Of a stretch of DNA of 64,000 nucleotides, positions 34,854 through 46,479 are shown one piece after another (position 1 is the stretch's first letter; each line of letters starts with the position of its first letter). The notes under the pieces were generated by a model. The model searched no databases and was not told where the DNA came from. It saw only the letters and a list, made by a program, of their open reading frames with translations. Source of the stretch: Heptranchias perlo (Eukaryota); the NCBI RefSeq assembly GCF_035084215.1, contig NC_090352.1, positions 38,440,001-38,504,000 on the forward strand. Direction: 5' to 3'. Made by a program: the position numbers and the translations under genes.

Positions 34854-37800
34854 GACTCCGTCTCTTTCTCTCAGTCTCTCATCTCAGCCCCAGGGCATTG
34901 CTGCAGGAGTTCCTCAGGGCAGTGTCCTAGGCCCAACCATCTTCAGCTGCTTCATCAATGACCTTCCCTCCGTCATAAAGTCAGAAATGGGGATGTTCGC
35001 TGATGATTGCACAGTGTTCAGTTCCATTCGCAACCCCTCAGATAATGAAGCAGTCCGTGCCCACATGCAGCAAGACCTGGACAACATCTAGGCTTGGGCT
35101 CATAAGTGGCAAGTAACATTTGCGCCAGACAAGTGCCAGGCAATGACCATCTCCAACAAGAGAGAGTCTAACCACCTCCCCTTGACATTCAACGGCATTA
35201 CCATCACTGAATCCCCCACAATCAACATCCTGGGAGTCACCATTGACCAGAAACTTAACTGGACAAGCCACATAAATACTGTGGCTACAAGAGCAGGTCA
35301 GAGGCTGGGTATTCTGCGGCGAGTGACTCACCTCCTGACTCCCCAAAGCCTTTCCACCATCTTCAAGGCACAAGTCAGGAATGTGATGGAATACTCTCCA
35401 CTTGCCTGGATGAGTGCAGCTCCAACAACACTCAAGAAGCTCGACACCATCCAGGACAAAGCAGCCCACTTGATTGGCACCCCATCCACCACCCTAAACA
35501 TTCACTCCCTTCACCACCGGCGCACTGTGGCTGCAGTGTGTACCATCCACAGGATGCACTGCAGCAACTCGCCAAGGCTTCTTCGACAGCACCTCCCAAA
35601 CCCGCGACCTCTACCACCTAGAAGGACAAGAGCAGCAGGTACATGGGAACAACACCACCTGCACGTTCCCCTCCAAGTCACACACCATCCCGACTTGGAA
35701 ATATATCGCCGTTCCTTCATCGTCGCTGGGTCAAAATCCTGGAACTCCCTTCCTAACAACACTGTGGGAGAACCTTCACCACACGGACTGCAGCGGTTCA
35801 AGAAGGCGGCTCACCACCACCTTCTCAAGGGCAATTAGGGATGGGCAATAAATGCTGGCCTCGCCAGTGACAACCACATCCCATGNNNNNNNNNNNNNNN
35901 NNNNNNNNNNNNNNNNNNNNNNNNNNNNNNNNNNNNNNNNNNNNNNNNNNNNNNNNNNNNNNNNNNNNNNNNNNNNNNNNNNNNNNNNNNNNNNNNNNNN
36001 NNNNNNNNNNNNNNNNNNNNNNNNNNNNNNNNNNTTTCTCTCTTTTGCTCTGTCTGTCTCTTTCTTGCTCACTCTCTCTCTTTTCTGTCTCTATCTCTCT
36101 TGCACTTTCTCCATTTTACTTTCTCGTTCTCTTTCTCTTTCTCTAATCTCTTTTTCCTTTTCTCATTTATCTATTTCTTTCTTTCGATGCGATAAACCAA
36201 AAAGGATTGGTTTGGTGATACCAAGTTTGGCTTTTAAAATTCTGTTCATTGTAGAAGGGAGGTGAGACTGGGGGAGGGGAGACAGAGGGAGGGGAGACTG
36301 GGGGAGGGGAGGGGAGACTGGGGGAGGGGAGACAGAGGGAGGGAAGACTGAGGGAGGGGAGACTGGGGGAGGGGAGACTGGGGGAGGGGAGACTGGGGGA
36401 GGGGAGGGGAGACTGGGGGAGGGGAGACAGAGGGAGGGAAGACTGAGGGAGGGGAGACTGGGGGAGGGGAGACTGGGGGAGGGGAGACTGGGGGAGGGGA
36501 GGGGAGACTGGGGGAGGGAAGACTGGGGGAGGGAAGACTGAGGGAGGGGAGGAGTGCCAGAGTTTTGAGGTTCTGGGAAAACAGGAGTTCGGAACATAGG
36601 AATTTCTAGACGAGAAAGACCAAAGGTCCATCTAGTTTGCCTTCTACTCTCCTGGCATTGATGCAATGATAATGGAATTGTTGACTGATCCTAGCAATCA
36701 ATCTCCATCGCTGAGTCTACAACAGGCCCAGACATGAAGTGAGGAAAGCCCCCAGTGGTGGAGAGATTTGGTTATCGATCCTAAGTCACCTGTTCCTCCC
36801 GAGCCTGTTACACTCACCACGGGTCATAGTTAGAGTAGGAAACGGTGCAAAGAATCTGGGTACAGATCAGCCTGTTCTAAATTGGATAGCCAGGTGGTGA
36901 AGGATGGAATACTCGAGCCTGGTCTTCAGTTGTTTCCAAGTCTTCATTCATCCCCTAGATAAGCTCCCTCTCTACAAATGGATACAAGAGAGTTCCCAAT
37001 TGAGAGGCACCACCTGAATACAATTAACACTAATTGATATAAATCACATGGTTACAGTTAGCAGCCACAAACTAATTGACTGGTGAAATGGGCTCGAGGG
37101 GCTGAATGGCCTCCTCCTGTTCCTATGTTCCTTCCAAAGTCAACACCGTGAGAATGGAGGGAGGTGGAGCATCATGGCACGAGTGGGAAGGAAAGTTTGA
37201 AAGAGCATTGACTGCACTGATATTGATAACGTCGAGAGAGACTAGGAAAATTTTTATAGGGGGGAAGCTGGAGGGTTGTGACAAGAGAATTATCTTTTCT
37301 TAAATTATTATTATTCATTCTCGGGATGTGGGCATGACTAGCAAGGCCGGCATTTATTGCCCGTCCCTAGCTGCCCTGAGAAGGTGGTGGTAAGGACTTG
37401 CTAGGCCACTTCGAAGGGCAGTTAAGAGTCACTAAAAGGACATTTGTGAACAAAGTTGGGTTTTTATTTCCAGATTTCTTCAAACTGAATTCAAATTTTC
37501 AAACTGCCCACAGTGGGATTTGAACTCAAATTCTCTGGATTATTAGCCAAGGCCTCTGGATTACTAACTCCAGTAACATAACCACTACACTACCGTACCC
37601 CTAACGTATCTGGACAAGCTCTCTCCATCCAGACATCAAGAGATTCTGAATGAACCTCCGCAGATAGGGGTACAGATACACAAATCACTAAAAGCAGCGA
37701 CACAGGTCAATAAGGCCATAAAAAAGGCAAATCAAGCACAGGGGCTCATTTCTAGAGGGATAGAATTGAAGGGCAGGGAAGTTATGTTAAACTTGTCTAG

Positions 37801-40800
37801 AACCTTGGTTAGACCACACTTGGAGTATTGTGCACAGTTCTGGTCTCCATGTTATAGAAAGGATATAGATACACAGGAGAGGGTGCAAAAAAAGATTCAC
37901 AAGGATGATACCAGAACTGAGAGGATATCCTTATCAGGAAAGGCTGAACAGGCTGGGCTCTTCTCCAGAAAAGAGAAGACTGAGGGGTGACCTGATAGAG
38001 GTCTTTAAGATTATGTTTGATAGGGTAGATGTAGAGAGGATGTGGGGGAGACCAAAACTAGAGGTCATAAATATAAGATAGTCACTAATAAATCCAATAG
38101 TGAATTCAGGAGAAACTTCTTTACCCAGAGAGTGGTGAGAATGTGGAACTCGCTCCCACATGGAGTAGTTGAGGTGAATAGTGTAGATACATTTAAGGGG
38201 AAGCTGGATAAACACATGAGGGAGAAAGGACGAAAAGGAAATGCTGATAGGGTGAGATGAAGTAGGGAGGAGGCTCGTGTGGGAGCATAAACACCGGCAT
38301 GGACCTGTTTGGGCCGAATGGCCTGTTTCTGTGCTGAAGTTTTGATTAACATGGGAACAGGAGCCGGATTCAGTGCACTTTCAGGAAAAGTTTTCACAAC
38401 TTTTATATTTGTGATTTTTTTTTTGGCAACTACCAACCACAATCAGCAAGAGCGAACAGTTCCGACGGAGGACAACTTTGCTGAGCGGCCGTCTGTTAAT
38501 GGGAACAATAAATTACCAGGGCCTGGAACTTACTCCTCCCAACTCAGGGAGATCGGAGTGGTACATGAACACACTACCCTGACCCTGTCCAGTTCCCGGG
38601 GTCAGGCCGGGGGTCACTCTTTCTCCATGCCCCTTGTTACTGATCCACTGACCAGTAGGAATAATCTTGCACCATTCTTTACCCTTTACCCTGTGCTAAT
38701 TTTGGAGCATATGACAAGAACTTGCATCTTTAATGTAGAAGAAGTAGAGTGGAGTGGGTCAATACTGTCTGGAGTTTAGAAGAATGAGAGGTGATCTCAT
38801 TGAAACATATAAGATTCTGAGGGGGTTTGACAGGGTAGATGCTGGTGTGAGATTGTTTCTCTGGCTGGAGAGTCTAGAACCAGGGGGCATAGTCTCTGGA
38901 TAAGGGGTCGGCCATTCAAGACTGAGATGAGGAGGAATTTCTTCACTCAGAGGGTTGTGATCTTTGGAATTCTCTACTGCAGAGGGCTGTAAATGCCTGA
39001 GTCATTGAGTATATTCAAGGCTGAGATCGATAGATTTTTGGACTCGAGGGGAATCAAGGGATTATGGGGATCGGGCGGGAAAGTGGAGTTGAGGTGAAGA
39101 TCAGCCATGATCTGATTGAACGGCGGAGCAGGCTCGAGGGGCCGAATGGCCGACTCCTGCTCCTATTCGTTTGTTCTTAAAAAATGTCCCAAGGTGCTTC
39201 ATGAGGGCGTAAAAATACAAAGTGAAAGCAGGAGATATTGGGGGGGCGGGGGGCGACCGTAAGATTGGTAAAGGTGGTGGTTTTGAAGATACTGAGGCTT
39301 CATTTCCACGATGAACTGTAAATCCAGAGTCAGGACTCCATCTGATTCCGGAGAGAAATCGAGTGCAAATCCCTGCTCCAGATTGGGCTCCGACTCTGGA
39401 TTTACAGCTGCAGATTACGGGCGGTCCAGATGTTTGGCTGAGAGACCCCTCCCCCCCCCTTGTCTCTCGATCTGACGCCCCCGCGACTGCTCCGTCTTTC
39501 AGTTCAAACCTCCGGACCTCACTCGATCAGCCAGGACTGGTGTGGGATCCCCGGCCGCGTGGACTCAGCCATGATCGGGAAGCTCTTCCTGTTCCGCCAG
39601 AACCGGGAAAAGAAACGGCGAAGAGGGAACCAGCGAAGAGGGAGGAACCGGTACAAAGGGCAATGGTGGCAAGACTCCTCCAGCATGGAAAAGGACATGT
39701 TCTCGCTCTTCCCCCTCTTCCCCAGCCAGAGTGTCTACTTCTTTGTGAAAGGTAACATTTGAAACTCTGCTTAAACATTTTTCCTGTCTTAAACGTTCTC
39801 CACCACAAAACCCCCCCTCAACACATTCCCCGTCCCCGTCCGCCCCTCAACACATTCCCCCGTCCCCCCTCAACACATTCCCCCGTCCCCGTCCGCCCCT
39901 CAACACATTCCCCCGTCCGCCCCTCAACACATTCCCCCCGTCCCCCCCTCAACACATTCCCCCGTCCCCGTCCGCCCCTCAACACATTCCCCCGTCCCCC
40001 CCTCAACACATTCCCCCGTCCCCGTCCGCCCCTCAACACATTCCCCCGTCCCCCACCCTCAACACATTCCCCCGTCCCCGTCCCCCCCTCAACACATTCC
40101 CCCCGTCCCCCCCTCAACACATTCCCCCGTCCCCGTCCCCCCTCAACACATTCCCCCGTCCCCGTCAGGAACGGGAAACCAGGCTGACATCTTTCCCCTC
40201 CCTCACCTCATTCCCCCCCAAATCCAGAGACGTTGCAGCCAATCGCAGGGGCCCTAACTATCCAGGGGACTCAGCACAGATCCCAGGGGACGAATCTAAA
40301 ACCTTCAGCTCAGTGGGGGGGGGTTTTAACATTTATTCTGGGATGTGGGCATCGCTGGCAAGGCCCAGACCGGGTCCAAGCCCCAAACACCGGGAAAACA
40401 CGGGCAGAGCTCCAAACACCGGGAAAACACGGGCAGAGCCCCAAACACCGGGAAAACACGGGCAGAGCCCCAAACACCGGGAAAACACGGGCAGAGCCCC
40501 AAACACCGGGAAAACACGGGCAGAGCTCCAAACACCGGGAAAACAACGGGCAGAGCTCCAAACACCGGGAAAACACGGCAGAGCCCCAAACACCGGGAAA
40601 ACACGAGCAGAGCCCCAAACACCGGGGAAAACACGGGCAGGGATCCAAACACCGGGAAAACACGGGCAGAGCCCCAAACACCGGGAAAACACGGGCACAG
40701 CCCCAAACACGGGAAAACACGAGCAGAACCCACACGAGTTAAGTAACATCTGATCGACTCTCTGTTTCCAGATAAGTATTACCGCGTAGACCTGGAGACC

Positions 40801-40890
40801 AAGCAAGTAGCTCATGCTCGGCCCGCGTATCCGCGATCCATCGCCAGGTACTGGTTCAAGTGCAAAGCCATGGAGATGTTGCACGAATAA
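22580..40890 (+). CDS. VTN: Vitronectin, complete 8-exon gene of about 486 aa. Exons: 22580-22640, 23754-23870, 30511-30975, 31730-31869, 34357-34513, 34617-34769, 39503-39751, 40772-40890
   Basis: Signal peptide, 8-Cys somatomedin-B domain, RGD, acidic DDEY, hemopexin repeats, a basic segment and a C-terminal [12 protein letters not shown]. Exon lengths sum to 1461 nt with consistent phases. Confidence 0.96.
22755..23060 (-). mobile_element. Non-LTR retrotransposon 3' end (same family as 34880-35885 and 41310-41800)
   Basis: Near-identical to the tail of the RT-bearing copy at 34880-35885. Confidence 0.85.
23340..23710 (+). mobile_element. tRNA-headed SINE
   Basis: B-box GGTTCAAGTCCC plus SINE body. 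Confidence 0.75.
23754..23870 (+). CDS. VTN: VTN exon 2 (somatomedin B domain)
   Basis: [39 protein letters not shown]. Confidence 0.95.
23905..24335. repeat. Imperfect (CA)/(CATA)/(CGTA) microsatellite
   Basis: Direct inspection; resumes at 28045-28240 after the LINE insertions. Confidence 0.95.
24345..25887 (+). mobile_element. CR1 LINE, 5'-truncated ORF2 (RT) with an in-frame stop at ~25349
   Basis: [37 protein letters not shown] and the 3' tail TTCCTATGTTCCTA. Confidence 0.95.
25900..28045 (+). mobile_element. Young CR1 LINE (second subfamily), 5'-truncated ORF2 with an open RT frame
   Basis: 675-aa frame with [40 protein letters not shown]; 11-nt deletion near 27837; (TTCTATGA)n tail. 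Confidence 0.96.
28935..29520 (+). mobile_element. tRNA-headed SINE followed by an inverted SINE head
   Basis: A-box TGGCTCAGTG, B-box GGTTCA and SINE body; 29370-29520 is a reverse-oriented head. Confidence 0.75.
29740..30425. repeat. Dispersed 65-bp satellite interrupted by a CR1 fragment
   Basis: Unit CTGCCCTGGGAGTGTTTGATGGGACAGTGTAGAGGGAGCTTTACTCTGTATCTAACCCGTGCTGTAC. Confidence 0.9.
29851..30207 (-). mobile_element. CR1 3' fragment, near-identical to 27700-28045, in inverted orientation
   Basis: [27 protein letters not shown] is identical in both copies; TTTA on both flanks. Confidence 0.93.
30511..30975 (+). CDS. VTN: VTN exon 3 (RGD, acidic EP linker, start of hemopexin repeat 1)
   Basis: [15 protein letters not shown]...(EP)n...[25 protein letters not shown]. 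Confidence 0.95.
31483..31697. repeat. Dispersed 65-bp satellite
   Basis: About 3 copies of the same unit. Confidence 0.9.
31730..31869 (+). CDS. VTN: VTN exon 4 (hemopexin)
   Basis: [47 protein letters not shown]. Confidence 0.95.
31948..32445 (-). mobile_element. L2-type LINE 3' fragment
   Basis: [17 protein letters not shown] motif and the tail AAAGGCGCGATATAAATGCAAGTT; related copies at 500-725, 11790-11935, 49260-49550, 52750-53030 and 53095-53510. Confidence 0.8.
32560..33050. repeat. 7-bp microsatellite (CTCTACG/CTCTGCG/GTCTACG)
   Basis: Direct inspection. Confidence 0.95.
33410..33830. repeat. G-rich low-complexity repeat (GGGGAGT)
   Basis: Direct inspection. Confidence 0.9.
34040..34232. 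repeat. Dispersed 65-bp satellite
   Basis: About 3 copies of the same unit. Confidence 0.9.
34357..34513 (+). CDS. VTN: VTN exon 5 (hemopexin)
   Basis: [52 protein letters not shown]. Confidence 0.95.
34617..34769 (+). CDS. VTN: VTN exon 6
   Basis: [51 protein letters not shown]. Confidence 0.93.
34880..35885 (+). mobile_element. Non-LTR retrotransposon (CR1/L2 group), RT 3' portion
   Basis: [21 protein letters not shown]...MFADDCTVF; [15 protein letters not shown]; in-frame stop at ~35089. Confidence 0.9.
35886..36034. other. Assembly gap (N run)
   Basis: Run of Ns. Confidence 1.
36265..36550. repeat. Purine-rich 15-bp repeat GGGGAGGGGAGACTG
   Basis: Direct inspection. Confidence 0.9.
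37665..39180 (+). mobile_element. Two CR1 3' fragments (37665-38340 and 38740-39180)
   Basis: [16 protein letters not shown]; [17 protein letters not shown]. Confidence 0.85.
39503..39751 (+). CDS. VTN: VTN exon 7 (hemopexin plus basic heparin-binding-like segment)
   Basis: [52 protein letters not shown]...SQSVYFFVK. Confidence 0.93.
39810..40165. repeat. C-rich minisatellite CCCTCAACACATTCCCCCGTCCCCGT
   Basis: Tandem copies in VTN intron 7. Confidence 0.93.
40380..40730. repeat. ~30-bp minisatellite CCCCAAACACCGGGAAAACACGGGCAGAG
   Basis: About 12 tandem copies. Confidence 0.95.
40772..40890 (+). CDS. VTN: VTN exon 8 (terminal)
   Basis: [39 protein letters not shown]; AATAAA signals near 41052 and 41101. 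Confidence 0.94.
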
Positions 40891-41309
40891 ATCCAGGACC
40901 CGGGAGAAAGTGTGGGAGAAATCACCATTTCCACGAGCAGAGTCAGGCGGGGCTTTAATTCCGTTATAAAAACAGCCCCGGCATTGAAGACCTGTTTTAT
41001 GTAAAATGTACCAGCGAGACCGAGCAATGTAGCAAATAAGTGAATGGGGAAATAAAACACGACTAACGGGCCTCAGAGTCGATTATATTCAAGAATCAAA
41101 AATAAAATGCTTCGTTTTCAGAGTGACGGAGTTCATCAGAGGGAGCCACAAACCAACATAAAAAACAGGGAGGTTTCCTAAATTACAGGAGGAGTCTCTC
41201 AATAGGATGGTCGTTCCTGTGCCACATTTTCCTGCAGATTACTTTTAAAAATTAATAATTGAATAAACTTTTTTAAAATGTGAGAAACCTGAAGAGTTTT
41301 CACAGCAGC

Positions 41310-41800
41310 TCCAGTGCAGCTCCAACAACACTCAAGGAGCTCGACACCATCCAGGACAAAGCAGCCCGCTTGATTGGCACCCCATCCACCACCCTAAACA
41401 TTCACTCCCTTCACCACCGGCGCACTGTGGCTGCAGTGTGCACCATCCACAGGATGCACTGCAGCAACTCGCCAAGGCTTCTTCGACAGCACCTCCCAAA
41501 CCCGCGACCTCTACCACCTAGAAGGACAAGGGCAGCAGGCGCATGGGAACAACACCACCTGCACGTTCCCCTCCAAGTCACACACCATCCCGACTTGGAA
41601 ATATATCGCCGTTCCTTCATCGTCGCTGGGTCAAAATCCTGGAACTCCCTTCCTAACAGCACTGTGGGAGAACCTTCACCACATGGACTGCAGCGGTTCA
41701 AGAAGGCGGCTCACACACCACCTTCTCAAGGGCAATTAGGGATGGGCAATAAATGCCGGCCTCGCCAGCGACGCCCACATCCATGAATGAATAAAAAAAA
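41310..41800 (+). mobile_element. Non-LTR retrotransposon 3' fragment with A-rich tail
   Basis: Near-identical to 35410-35885; ends ATGAATGAATAAAAAAAA. Confidence 0.88.
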
Positions 41801-41864
41801 GCAGGAAAAAAATGTCAGACACAGAAGCACCTCCTTATAGATAAACCTCAACTAACCATCTCAC

Positions 41865-42074
41865 ATATCCCTCAATCCCACCCACCCACCTTCTCCCCAA
41901 TCCCTCAATCCCACCCACCCACCTTCTCCCCAATCCCTCAATCCCACCCACCCACCTTCTCCCAATCCCTCAATCCCACCCACCCACCTTCTCCCCAATC
42001 CCTCAATCCCACCCACCCACCTTCTCCCCAATCCTCAATCCCACCCACCTACCTTCTCCCCAATCCCTCAATCA
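41865..42074. repeat. ~33-bp C-rich minisatellite abutting a gap
   Basis: Copies of CCCTCAATCCCACCCACCCACCTTCTCCCCAAT. Confidence 0.9.
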
Positions 42075-42274
42075 NNNNNNNNNNNNNNNNNNNNNNNNNN
42101 NNNNNNNNNNNNNNNNNNNNNNNNNNNNNNNNNNNNNNNNNNNNNNNNNNNNNNNNNNNNNNNNNNNNNNNNNNNNNNNNNNNNNNNNNNNNNNNNNNNN
42201 NNNNNNNNNNNNNNNNNNNNNNNNNNNNNNNNNNNNNNNNNNNNNNNNNNNNNNNNNNNNNNNNNNNNNNNNNN
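42075..42274. other. Assembly gap (200 N)
   Basis: Run of Ns. Confidence 1.
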
Positions 42275-42440
42275 TTAGGAATACTGGGACCTGTAGAAAT
42301 CTTAATAAATTGAACTTGGTTCTAAAAATAGTAACCTAGATGTTTAGACAGTGAGAGGTGGCGTGTCTCAGGCATTGTGTGTGTGTGTTTAGGGGTGGCA
42401 GGGTCAATGTAGGTGTATTTCTGTGCTGGGGGTGTGTGGG

Positions 42441-42669
42441 NNNNNNNNNNNNNNNNNNNNNNNNNNNNNNNNNNNNNNNNNNNNNNNNNNNNNNNNNNNN
42501 NNNNNNNNNNNNNNNNNNNNNNNNNNNNNNNNNNNNNNNNNNNNNNNNNNNNNNNNNNNNNNNNNNNNNNNNNNNNNNNNNNNNNNNNNNNNNNNNNNNN
42601 NNNNNNNNNNNNNNNNNNNNNNNNNNNNNNNNNNNNNNNNNNNNNNNNNNNNNNNNNNNNNNNNNNNNN
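42441..42669. other. Assembly gap (N run)
   Basis: Run of Ns. Confidence 1.
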
Positions 42670-42715
42670 TTTGGTGTCTGTTTCACCCTCCCCCGTGCTC
42701 TGTCCTGTGTTACAG

Positions 42716-42987
42716 ACAGTGGTGCTGATCCAGCTGTGGTCTGTTATTGTACGATCGGATTCCACGCCTCACAACTGGCACAGAAACTCCACAACTTTTT
42801 AGCCGGAGATCCCGGCCGGAATTTACACGGCTCATTGAAAGTTTACAACCTGGAGGGGGGGTTCCTGAAATGGGCCAAGGAGAGGAAGGCCATGGTTGAC
42901 AGCAGGAATCAGCCAACCAGCCTCGTCCACCCCTACAGCGAGCTCTGGGCTGAGCTCGTGAAAGCTGACTTCAAAGCCCCTGTGTGA
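42716..42987 (+). CDS. Rhodanese-domain protein, paralog A, terminal exon (upstream exons probably lost in the N-gaps)
   Basis: tacag|AC AGT...; VVCYCTIGFHAS (active-site Cys loop), KVYNLEGGFLKW (rhodanese C-terminal signature), LVHPY..W, TGA stop; 272 nt, the same length as the paralog B exon. Confidence 0.85.
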
Positions 42988-42992
42988 ATGTC

Positions 42993-43728
42993 CACTCTCC
43001 CGCCATTGGTCACCCAGCATGCCCACTCTCGTGGTGCCCCGCCCCCACTCTCCCGCCATTGGTCACCCAGCACGCCCACTCTCGTGGTGCCCCGCCCCCA
43101 CTCTCCCGCCATTGGTCACCCAGCATGCCCACTCTCGTGGTGCCCTGCCCCCACTCTCCCGCCATTGGTCACCCAACACGCACATTCTCGCGATGCCCCG
43201 CCCCCACTCTCCCGCCATTGGTCACCCAACACGCACATTCTCATGATGCCCCACCCCCACTCTCCCGCCATTGGTCACCCAACACGCCCATTCTCATGAT
43301 GCCCCACCCCCACTCCCGCCATTGGTCACCCAACACGCCCATTCTCATGGTGCCCCGCCCCCACTCTCCCGCCATTGGTCGCCCAACGCGTCCATCTTTG
43401 CGATGCCCCCCCCCCACTCTCCCGCCATTGGTCGCCAACATGCCCATTCTCATGGTGCCCCCCCCCCCCCACTCTCCCGCCATTGGTCGCCAACATGCCC
43501 ATTCTCATGGTGCCCCGCCCCCACTCTCCCGCCATTGGTCACCCAACACGCCCATTCTCATGGTGCCCCGCCCCCCACTCTCCCGCCATTGGTCGCCCAA
43601 CACGTCCGTCTTTGCAATGCCCCGCCCCCACTCTCCCGCCATTGGTCGCCCAACACGTCCGTCTTTGCGATGCCCCGCCCCCACTCTCCCGCCATTGGTC
43701 GCCCAACACGTCCGTCTTTGCGATGCCC
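42993..43728. repeat. ~55-bp minisatellite immediately after the rhodanese A stop codon
   Basis: About 13 copies of CCACTCTCCCGCCATTGGTCACCCAACACGCCCATTCTCATGGTGCCCCGCCC. Confidence 0.94.
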
Positions 43729-44809
43729 TGTCTTCCCACACCAAACGAACAGACTCTCTGTTACCCAATTGGATGATTCCTGACTGACCCTCAAACAGCT
43801 TTTTTCCCCCCCCCCCGATCTCCGATATTTTTATAACCAATGAACAGATAGGTTCAAAAAACATTTTGAAAAAACACACCATTTTGTTTAACGCCCCTGT
43901 GATTTCTCTCCCGGGTTGTTGCTCGCAGCAGTGACCTGGAGATCAATCTTCAATTCCTGGAGACTCCAGGCCAATCCGGGAGGGTTGGCAACTCCCTCTT
44001 CCCGGCAGACAGACCCAGGTTTGCTGGGAAGTTCTAATCCTTCGATAAATGGGAACGATTCGCTGGAACGGTGCATCCGCACAGGATCCGAATCTTAACC
44101 TGGATCATGAATGCATTCATCTGGACTTCAGCGCATGGAACTTTCTGGACGAATCCCGTTGACTCTTGTGCCGTGTGGAGTCTGTAGCGATGGGCTGACT
44201 CTCGGCCTGGCACGAGCAGGCTTGGCCGGCAAAATATATATCGATTTGTTCTTGGGGTGTGGGTGATGCTGACAAAGCCACATTCATTTATTGCCCATCT
44301 CTAGTTGCCCCGGAAGAGGATGAAGAGTTAGCCACGGACTGGAGTCACGTGGAGGCCGTGCCCCTCGAAAAGACATCAGTGAACCAACTTTTACCAACAA
44401 CCCATCAGCTTTCTCGGTGCCAGCCAAAACCACCAGATTTATCGGGTTCGATAATCACACCTTAACGTGGCGGGATTCGAACTCATGACCCCTGGGGTGA
44501 TGGTGTGCAGGACCAGAATCAAGAGCCCAACATAACTCTGATCGAAATGTTCCCGCAAGTCACTTCAAATTTTCAAAAATCAGGACTTTGAACTGTAATT
44601 GCGAGCTGGCCTTTTGTTCATTATTGGTTTATTAAATCTAATTCGCTCAGTGCGGTTGACTTGATTTCAGGGAATCTTTCCCTATAATATCGAGAAGCCC
44701 AGATTTAAGTCCGAAGGTCACGGTGCAGGAAGTACTGAGGCTGCGAGGGCTCGTGGAGAAGGAAGGAATGATTAGCTGACGTCAAACTTGAGATTTCAAA
44801 GTCTAGGTT

Positions 44810-45700
44810 GTCAGAAGGTCGTGGGTTCGAGCCCCCACTCCAGAGACTTGAGTTAATAATCCAGGCTCACACTCCCAGTGCAGTACTGAGGGAGTGCAGC
44901 ACAGTCGGAGGGTCAGTACTGAGGGAGCGCTGCGCTGTCGGAGGGCAGGACTGAGGGAGCGCTGCGCTGTCGGAGGGTCAGTACTGAGGGAGCGCTGCAC
45001 TGTCGGAGGGCAGGACTGAGGGAGCGCTGCGCTGTCGGAGGGTCAGTACTGAGGGAGCGCTGCATTGTCGGAGGGTCAGTACTGAGGGAGCGCTGCACTG
45101 TCGGAGGGTCAGTACTGAGGGAGCGCTGCACCGTCGGAGGGTCAGTACTGAGGGAGCGCTGCACCGTCGGAGGGTCAGTACTGAGGGAGCGCTGCACCGT
45201 CGGAGGGTCAGTACTGAGGGAGCGCTGCATTGTCGGAGGGTCAGTACTGAGGGAGCGCTGCACTGTCGGAGGGTCAGTACTGAGGGAACGCTGCACTGTC
45301 GGAGGGTCAGTACTGAGGGAGCGCTGCATTGTCGGAGGGTCAGTACTGAGGGAGCGCTGCACTGTCGGAAGGTCAGTACTGAGGGAGCGCTGCACTGTTG
45401 GAGGGGCTGCCCTTCGGATGAGACGTTAAACCGAGGCCCCGTCTGCCTCCTCAGGGGCATGTGAAAGATCCCACGGCCACTATTGGAAGAAGAGCAGGGG
45501 AGTTCTCCCAATGCCTTGGTCAATATTTATCCCTCAACTAACACCTGAAAACAGATTATCTGGTCCTTGTCACAGTGCTGTTTGTGGGATCTTGCTGTGC
45601 GCAAATCGACTGCCGTGTTTCCTACATCATAACAGTGACGACACATCAAAAAGTACTTCATTGGCTGTAACGTGTGTTGGGACGTCCTGCGATGAAAGGT
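44810..45700 (+). mobile_element. tRNA-headed SINE with an internal 31-bp tandem amplification (44880-45405)
   Basis: B-box GGTTCGAGCCC, array of CAGTACTGAGGGAGCGCTGCACTGTCGGAGGGT, then SINE body. Confidence 0.88.
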
Positions 45701-46096
45701 CCTTAATATCTCCTTTTCCGTTCACACCACTATCCGTGACAGAACCACAAATCCCAGGAACGTTGAGTAATCGGCAGTGTGTCAGCATGACAGTGAGGGG
45801 GCCAGTTAGAGTATTAATGGGAAGAATAAGGCCCCTTTAGTTTAACCATTGGACACGGGCCAGAACTCTCCCCTTGGAACATATTCTGAACACAGACCGA
45901 GGGCCCGTCTCTGTGGAATATTAAGGGATGTGTTCGCACGGCAGTCAACGACATGGCTCATGGCTGCCCGAACTGACCAGGTCATTTCCACATCAATGGT
46001 GAGTCTGGAGGAGGAACGACTCGCAGGTGTGGACCAGGGGAGGGGCACTGAGTCAGCTCGATACACCCCCCCGTCATCTGTGACAGCCAGGATCCC

Positions 46097-46240
46097 AGAG
46101 AGTGAGGGTGCAGAGAGTGAGGGTGCAGAGAGTGAGGGTGCAGAGAGTGAGGGTGCAGAGAGTGAGGGTGCAGAGAGTGAGGGTGCAGAGAGTGAGGGTG
46201 CAGAGAGTGAGGGTGCAGAGAGTGAGGGTGCAGAGAGTGA
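46097..46240. repeat. 15-bp repeat GAGAGTGAGGGTGCA
   Basis: About 10 perfect copies. Confidence 0.95.
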
Positions 46241-46479
46241 GGGGAGATCCTGGGGTGGAGTGTGGAGCTCTGTTCTGCTCTGGTTCCATTGCTTCTTTTT
46301 ACCCAATGTAGAGCCGAGGCCCAAAGTGCAGGAAACCCCGAGGTTGGAACGACCCGGGGGAGAGGATGAGGTGAATCAGGATTGAGTGAATGGGTGCCAC
46401 CACATCTGGATTTTAAAAGCCTAGAGGTTGGAGGAGGAAGGGAGGCCTGAGAGAGGGGACGGTCCTTCAAAAAACCAAA

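Noticed and set aside
45849-46385. 178-aa plus-strand ORF and a possible exon 45896-45998 ending ATG|GTGAGT
   Set aside because: No recognisable homology, weak acceptor, ORF length inflated by a 15-bp repeat, and no partner exons found.
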